The notes beneath the pieces are model-generated. The model searched no databases and was not told the origin of the DNA. It worked only from the letters and a program-made list of their open reading frames with translations. A stretch of DNA of 64,000 nucleotides, taken from assembly GCA_002839375.1 (NCBI GenBank), contig PGXY01000004.1:277817-341816 (forward strand). Reading direction: 5' to 3'. Each line of letters begins with the position of its first letter. Position 1 is the first letter of the stretch. The stretch is from Spirochaetae bacterium HGW-Spirochaetae-1. Its GTDB lineage: Bacteria; Spirochaetota; UBA4802; UBA5550. Made by a program: the position numbers and the translations under genes. Positions 59,714-64,000 of this stretch are shown piece by piece.

Positions 59714-59745
59714 TCTCTGCCTCCTGGAGATAAAGGAGGCAGAGA
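59714..59745. terminator. Hairpin between convergent genes, probable terminator
   Basis: TCTCTGCCTCCT-N8-AGGAGGCAGAGA. Confidence 0.65.
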
Positions 59746-59747
59746 TA

Positions 59748-60272
59748 TTATTTTTCAGAGAGCGCTTCGCGCCAGGGCTTCCCATCGATCAGGAGCTCCT
59801 TGATAGAAGCATTGCCTTTATTGTCAATGCTCACCACCAGGGAGCCCTTACCCTGTCTCACAGCCCGGTCAAGTAAGACGCTTTCATTTTCCGGGATATA
59901 AAAGCGCTCGATACCCGCCATGAAAGATCCGCGACGGCATGTCCCTTTCAGGACTGCACTGCAACGATCACGCCAGTCTTCGTCAAGATATTCCATAGGG
60001 TAGCTGCCTATGACGGCACCATTTTTATCAAGGGAAAGACAGAGGAACAGGTTTCCTCTGTCCCTGTCATGACCGCTGCAGACATCGGTGTTAAGAGCCA
60101 GGCGGTATGTCAGGTAATGGCCCGAGAGCAGGTCCCGGGGATCGAAACCCGTAATGGGAATAATCACTTTTCTGCCCGAATAGATTTTAACCGCCTTGTA
60201 GAGTGTAAGCAGCGCCAGCATTACAATGGGGATGAGAAGGGCCGCGGCCAGCTTTTTATTCAATCCTGTCAT
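59748..60272 (-). CDS. GDYXXLXY domain protein
   Basis: FDPRDLLSGHYLTY, GIERFYIPE; coupled to a DUF2157 gene. Confidence 0.85.
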   Translation of the reverse strand: MTGLNKKLAAALLIPIVMLALLTLYKAVKIYSGRKVIIPITGFDPRDLLSGHYLTYRLALNTDVCSGHDRDRGNLFLCLSLDKNGAVIGSYPMEYLDEDWRDRCSAVLKGTCRRGSFMAGIERFYIPENESVLLDRAVRQGKGSLVVSIDNKGNASIKELLIDGKPWREALSEK

Positions 60273-61452
60273 GGCTTTCGGCTCCTGTTATTTTTCTGAA
60301 AAACAGCTCCAGCCTGTCGCGCTGCCTGAACCAGAGAAGAGAAACGCCGATGATGATCATTCCCGAAAATATCAGGCCGAAGCCCGTGGAAGCCAGATCT
60401 TCGAAGACCTGGAAGTAGACTACGAGAAACCGGATGCCGGCGAGAAAGGTCATGGCGTTGAAAAGTCTCCTGTTGTCCCTGATGATGAAGAGGGCGCCGG
60501 CGAAAAGAAGCATCATTATTGAATAGAGCGCGCCGTAGAATTCATTACCGGTGCGTGATATATCGACGTCCCCGGAAAGAATCAGGGGGAGATAGGGAAG
60601 TATGGTGATGATAATCATCATGAGAACAGTTGCTTTTTCTTTCAGTGATTTTTTAGTTTCGGAGAAGAGCGCAGCTATGAAAAAAAGAATGAGCAGACCC
60701 GCGGGAGCCAGGACTTTTACGGAAAAATCCACCTCCTCCTGTGAAAGGTAGATGTCGGTGAAGAAGACCAGGCCCAGGAAACCGGCTAATCCCCACCGGG
60801 CAAAGGCCCCGGCGTGTAACCTGAGTAGGGCAATCCTTTCCATGACACTGCTGAAAAAAAGGCACAGGAAGGGGAGCATGAGGCCGAGGGCGATAATGGC
60901 TTCATCGTCGTCGCCGATTCTTTGCCACCACGAAGCTTCCGATGCGGACCAGGATGCGAGCGCCCCGAGAAAGCCAGCCGTCCACAGGTAGGGGAGGAAT
61001 CCCTTTTTACTGAAAAGGCTAAGGGGGAAGATAATGGCTGTCCAGAAGAACAGGGCCATGTAGAGTTCACCGCCGGTATGCAGTACCTGGGAGATCAGGC
61101 CAATGGAGGCCAGAACGAGCAGGGCGAAGAAGGATAGTGCTGCGTCATAGAGAATATCCTTTTCCCTGCGGTCAAGCCGGAGCACCGTGAAGGCAACGCC
61201 CAGAAGTATCATGAAGTCGATGAATATCTTTACTGAGCCGGGAATTTCGTCCCAGTTTGCCGCTATGAGGGAGATTATCCCGATACCCACAACGCTGATT
61301 CCCAGGATGAGGAAGCCGTAGAGGGCCCACCGGGTTCTTGCGCCGCCGGAACGGCTTTCTTCAAAACTGATGATGGATTTTCGCTGCGCGTCGGTAATAA
61401 TACCCTCGGCGGTCCAGTTTTCCAGGCTTTTTAAGATACTTTTTTTCATCAT
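60256..61452 (-). CDS. DUF2157 membrane protein
   Basis: W..EGIIT..Q, LIAANW..I and LISQ..H motifs; multi-TM. Confidence 0.85.
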   Translation of the reverse strand: MMKKSILKSLENWTAEGIITDAQRKSIISFEESRSGGARTRWALYGFLILGISVVGIGIISLIAANWDEIPGSVKIFIDFMILLGVAFTVLRLDRREKDILYDAALSFFALLVLASIGLISQVLHTGGELYMALFFWTAIIFPLSLFSKKGFLPYLWTAGFLGALASWSASEASWWQRIGDDDEAIIALGLMLPFLCLFFSSVMERIALLRLHAGAFARWGLAGFLGLVFFTDIYLSQEEVDFSVKVLAPAGLLILFFIAALFSETKKSLKEKATVLMMIIITILPYLPLILSGDVDISRTGNEFYGALYSIMMLLFAGALFIIRDNRRLFNAMTFLAGIRFLVVYFQVFEDLASTGFGLIFSGMIIIGVSLLWFRQRDRLELFFRKITGAESHDRIE

Positions 61453-61549
61453 GTCCCTGACAAGTGTTTTGTCCCAGTATAAGTGGTGATTATTCGTTCT
61501 GGCAACTCTTTTATGTTTGATGAGGCAAATATGGATAAGCACTGCTTTT

Positions 61550-61969
61550 TCATGGGAAAACCTGTTTTTGTTTCCGGAGATATATAAATACATAGAGAAA
61601 AAAAACGCCAAAGAGAAAGTCATTAACGCCGTAAATACTGTAGAAGAATCCCGTGAGGGTATCCTGTGCATATATAGCATTCAATTCTCCCCCATGTTGC
61701 CAGAGCCATCTGCCCCAGAAAGCGGTATAAAAGAATTTCTCCAGTGCAAAGACGGCGATAATACCGGGAACGAGCGAATAAGACACGGACACGGCAATAT
61801 AAGCAAGCCCCCAGAGCATGATTACGCCCAGGCCGACGATGGAAAAAGCCCCGGCATCGGTCGTCATCAGTAATTGATTGCTGAACAGTTTGCTGAAGAC
61901 CGGAATCCCCGCTACGTTTACGCAGCCGGCAAGGATAAATCCCGCTGTAATCCATTTCTCCTTATGCAT
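61550..61969 (-). CDS. Small membrane protein of unknown function
   Basis: Four TM-like segments; IMLWGLAYI, FALEK and GVND motifs; overlaps the SDR stop. Confidence 0.7.
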   Translation of the reverse strand: MHKEKWITAGFILAGCVNVAGIPVFSKLFSNQLLMTTDAGAFSIVGLGVIMLWGLAYIAVSVSYSLVPGIIAVFALEKFFYTAFWGRWLWQHGGELNAIYAQDTLTGFFYSIYGVNDFLFGVFFLYVFIYLRKQKQVFP

Positions 61970-62819
61970 GTTTTTCCTCCCCGGCTTGTATGGTATGTCC
62001 GCCTGTCCATTCCTTCATGCATTCACCTGCGCCTGCAATGATGAGCAGGCGGTTTAAAATAATGTCTGGCAGGAGGGCCCGCGCCACCTGTCCAAGGTTC
62101 AGGCTCCATGGTTTTTTCACAACGCATCGTTCTTTTTTCACCGCCTTGTTTACCACTGCTCTGGCAATATCATCATGGCACTCCACCCTGGGAAGGAGCA
62201 GTTCCCCGAGGAAATTCATTTTACTTCCTTCAAAGAGTCCTTTTTTCAGGATACCGGGATGGACCGATGAAAACCTGACACCGTTTTTCCCGTCTGCCAT
62301 CGCTTCGAGCCGGAGGGATTCGGTGAATCCATAAACTGCCCATTTTGTCGCACAATATACGGCAAGGTCCGGAAGTCCCACCAGCCCGGCACCCGATGAA
62401 ATATTCACGATTTGGCCGCTGTTTCGCTCATACATGTCCGGCAGGAAAGCGGCAGTGGTATAGTAAATAGAATTGAGATTGATTTTTGTGAGCCTGTCCC
62501 ATGACTCGACGGGATGAGAGGTAAACCTGCCCGCCGTCACCGTACCTGCGTTATTGATAAGAATATCAACATCCCCCATGTCTCTTTTCGTTTCCAGGGC
62601 GGTAACCCTGACCTTTTCGCTGTCGCTGATATCGCAGAGATAGAACCTGAGCTTCGGGGTATATTCCACCAATTCACTTTCTGCTTTCTTTATTGCCTCA
62701 GAATTGTTATCCCACACAGCGACACTGCACCCTTCATCGAGGAGACGCTTAACAGTGGCAAAACCGATTCCCATGGCGCCGCCGGTAACCACAACTTTTT
62801 TATTGTGTATGTTCTTCAT
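61962..62819 (-). CDS. SDR oxidoreductase
   Basis: TGGAMGIG, NNAG, YCATK. Confidence 0.9.
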   Translation of the reverse strand: MKNIHNKKVVVTGGAMGIGFATVKRLLDEGCSVAVWDNNSEAIKKAESELVEYTPKLRFYLCDISDSEKVRVTALETKRDMGDVDILINNAGTVTAGRFTSHPVESWDRLTKINLNSIYYTTAAFLPDMYERNSGQIVNISSGAGLVGLPDLAVYCATKWAVYGFTESLRLEAMADGKNGVRFSSVHPGILKKGLFEGSKMNFLGELLLPRVECHDDIARAVVNKAVKKERCVVKKPWSLNLGQVARALLPDIILNRLLIIAGAGECMKEWTGGHTIQAGEEKHA

Positions 62820-62837
62820 TTATTTTACTCCGGATTT

Positions 62838-63278
62838 TTATTTTTCCACTGGAAGCGTTACATAACGGCCGTTCAGACAGACCGGGATAAGGCCACCCGT
62901 GAGCCCCACCGTGGCGTCGACAGGGCGGATGGCGTGAGGCGTATGTTTCGGTATATACACCGCCGCTGGCGTGGATACCTCGTAGAATTCATCACCCAGC
63001 ATTACTTCAAAGGTAATGGCCTTTTCATCTCCGATCATCAGATACATTTCATCATAATCATGCATGTGCGGAACAGCCCTGTCGCCCTTTATGGCGATAT
63101 TTTTGAGGGACTCTGTTATTTCCTTGATGTAAAGATAAAGGACCCAGGCAGCTGCTTCCGGAACAAGTTCACTGCCCATGAGGACCGGATATGGAATTAC
63201 CTGACTCAAATCATGGTCCGGCAGCTCATTGACATTGATAGGTTTTCTGACGATAAATCTTTCATATTTTCCCGACAT
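62838..63278 (-). CDS. Cupin-fold protein
   Basis: PHMHDYDE and VYIPKHTPH metal-binding motifs. Confidence 0.75.
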   Translation of the reverse strand: MSGKYERFIVRKPINVNELPDHDLSQVIPYPVLMGSELVPEAAAWVLYLYIKEITESLKNIAIKGDRAVPHMHDYDEMYLMIGDEKAITFEVMLGDEFYEVSTPAAVYIPKHTPHAIRPVDATVGLTGGLIPVCLNGRYVTLPVEK

Positions 63279-63306
63279 AGTATCCCCCTTTCTTGTTTAA
63301 TATTAT

Positions 63307-63337
63307 GGTAACCAGTGGTTAGTAACTAACGGTTACC
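63307..63337. promoter_or_regulatory. Palindromic candidate TetR operator
   Basis: GGTAACC...GTTAG-TAA-CTAAC-GGTTACC between the cupin operon and a divergent TetR gene. Confidence 0.5.
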
Positions 63338-63496
63338 TTTTACACTATTTGATGTAAATGTCAAGATCAAATGCACAATTTATTCTAAAAATTGTCACAT
63401 TAGATTCATTGATATACGCCATGATCGGTGTGCTGATATACGGGGCATGTTGAAATATACTTGACCATTATATACACATGCGGAATAGCTTTGCAC

Positions 63497-64000
63497 ATGG
63501 CAAAAAAAACAGAAAAACCCATGAGAAACCGAAGAGAGGAAATAATCAAATCGGCGAGACAGCTTTTTCTTAAAAAAGGCTACCGCCTGACATCGATAGA
63601 GCAGATAGCGGAAAAAGCCGGCTACAGCAAACGCACCGTGTATCTTGAGTATGTCAGCAAGGATGACCTTTTCCTGGATATTGCAACAGACGGGCTTGAG
63701 ATACTATTGAATCTCTTACAGGAAATAAAGGGGAGCGATATTTCTCTTTATGATTATATAGTGAAATACATTGGTGTTATTACCGATTTCGCTTTTCTCC
63801 AGGGAAATTATTTCAGACTGCTGGCCTCCGATGTTTCAGCTGAAGTTATCGCCAACAGTACCGACAGGGTAAAGCAGCGGGCCGCCGGAATTGAGCGGGC
63901 TGGCGTAAAGCTCCTGTCGGATCAGATAGAAAGGGCCATACGTGAAAAAAAGATAAAAAAAGTCGATTCATGGGAAACATCGGAGATCATCATCGGCTCC
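63497..64000 (+). CDS. TetR family regulator (truncated by window end)
   Basis: Manual translation: RREEIIKSARQLFLKKGYRLTSIEQIAEKAGYSKRTVY. Confidence 0.9.
   Translation, partial: MAKKTEKPMRNRREEIIKSARQLFLKKGYRLTSIEQIAEKAGYSKRTVYLEYVSKDDLFLDIATDGLEILLNLLQEIKGSDISLYDYIVKYIGVITDFAFLQGNYFRLLASDVSAEVIANSTDRVKQRAAGIERAGVKLLSDQIERAIREKKIKKVDSWETSEIIIGS

Noticed and set aside
1..64000. CRISPR array, tRNA/rRNA genes, integron integrase, GxxExxY gene
   Set aside because: No regularly spaced repeats, RNA gene signatures, tyrosine recombinase motifs or GxxExxY ORF seen by eye

Overview
Bacterial chromosomal window, most likely from an anaerobic Spirochaetota (inferred from a Leptospira-like SecA N- and C-terminus and a Borrelia/Leptospira-type small beta-barrel gene). 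Most of it is housekeeping and metabolic genes: macro-domain/pyrF/GGDEF operon, ispD, gmd-rmd, a ccmABCDEF System I* operon, a large acyl-CoA catabolic cluster resembling lva/ACAD10-11 with ETF and an ADP-forming CoA ligase, secA, cysK-metY-Rrf2, a GAPOR-like oxidoreductase, and a Spy-Spy-ECF-anti-sigma module. The most unusual part is 4470-7772. It holds an integrase-less integron cassette array (two clear attC sites, three cassettes, one encoding an Rx4H HEPN-like/DUF2806-like fusion), an upstream promoter plus crossover site, and inward-facing repeats built from three 9-bp units that bracket the array and recur at 46.4 kb. A REP-associated tyrosine transposase (22.2 kb) has its left and right flanking motifs copied exactly 30 kb away, inside a decayed Imm11-like gene. 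No rRNA, tRNA or CRISPR array was seen. All calls come from reading the sequence and recalled family motifs; no database searches were run.
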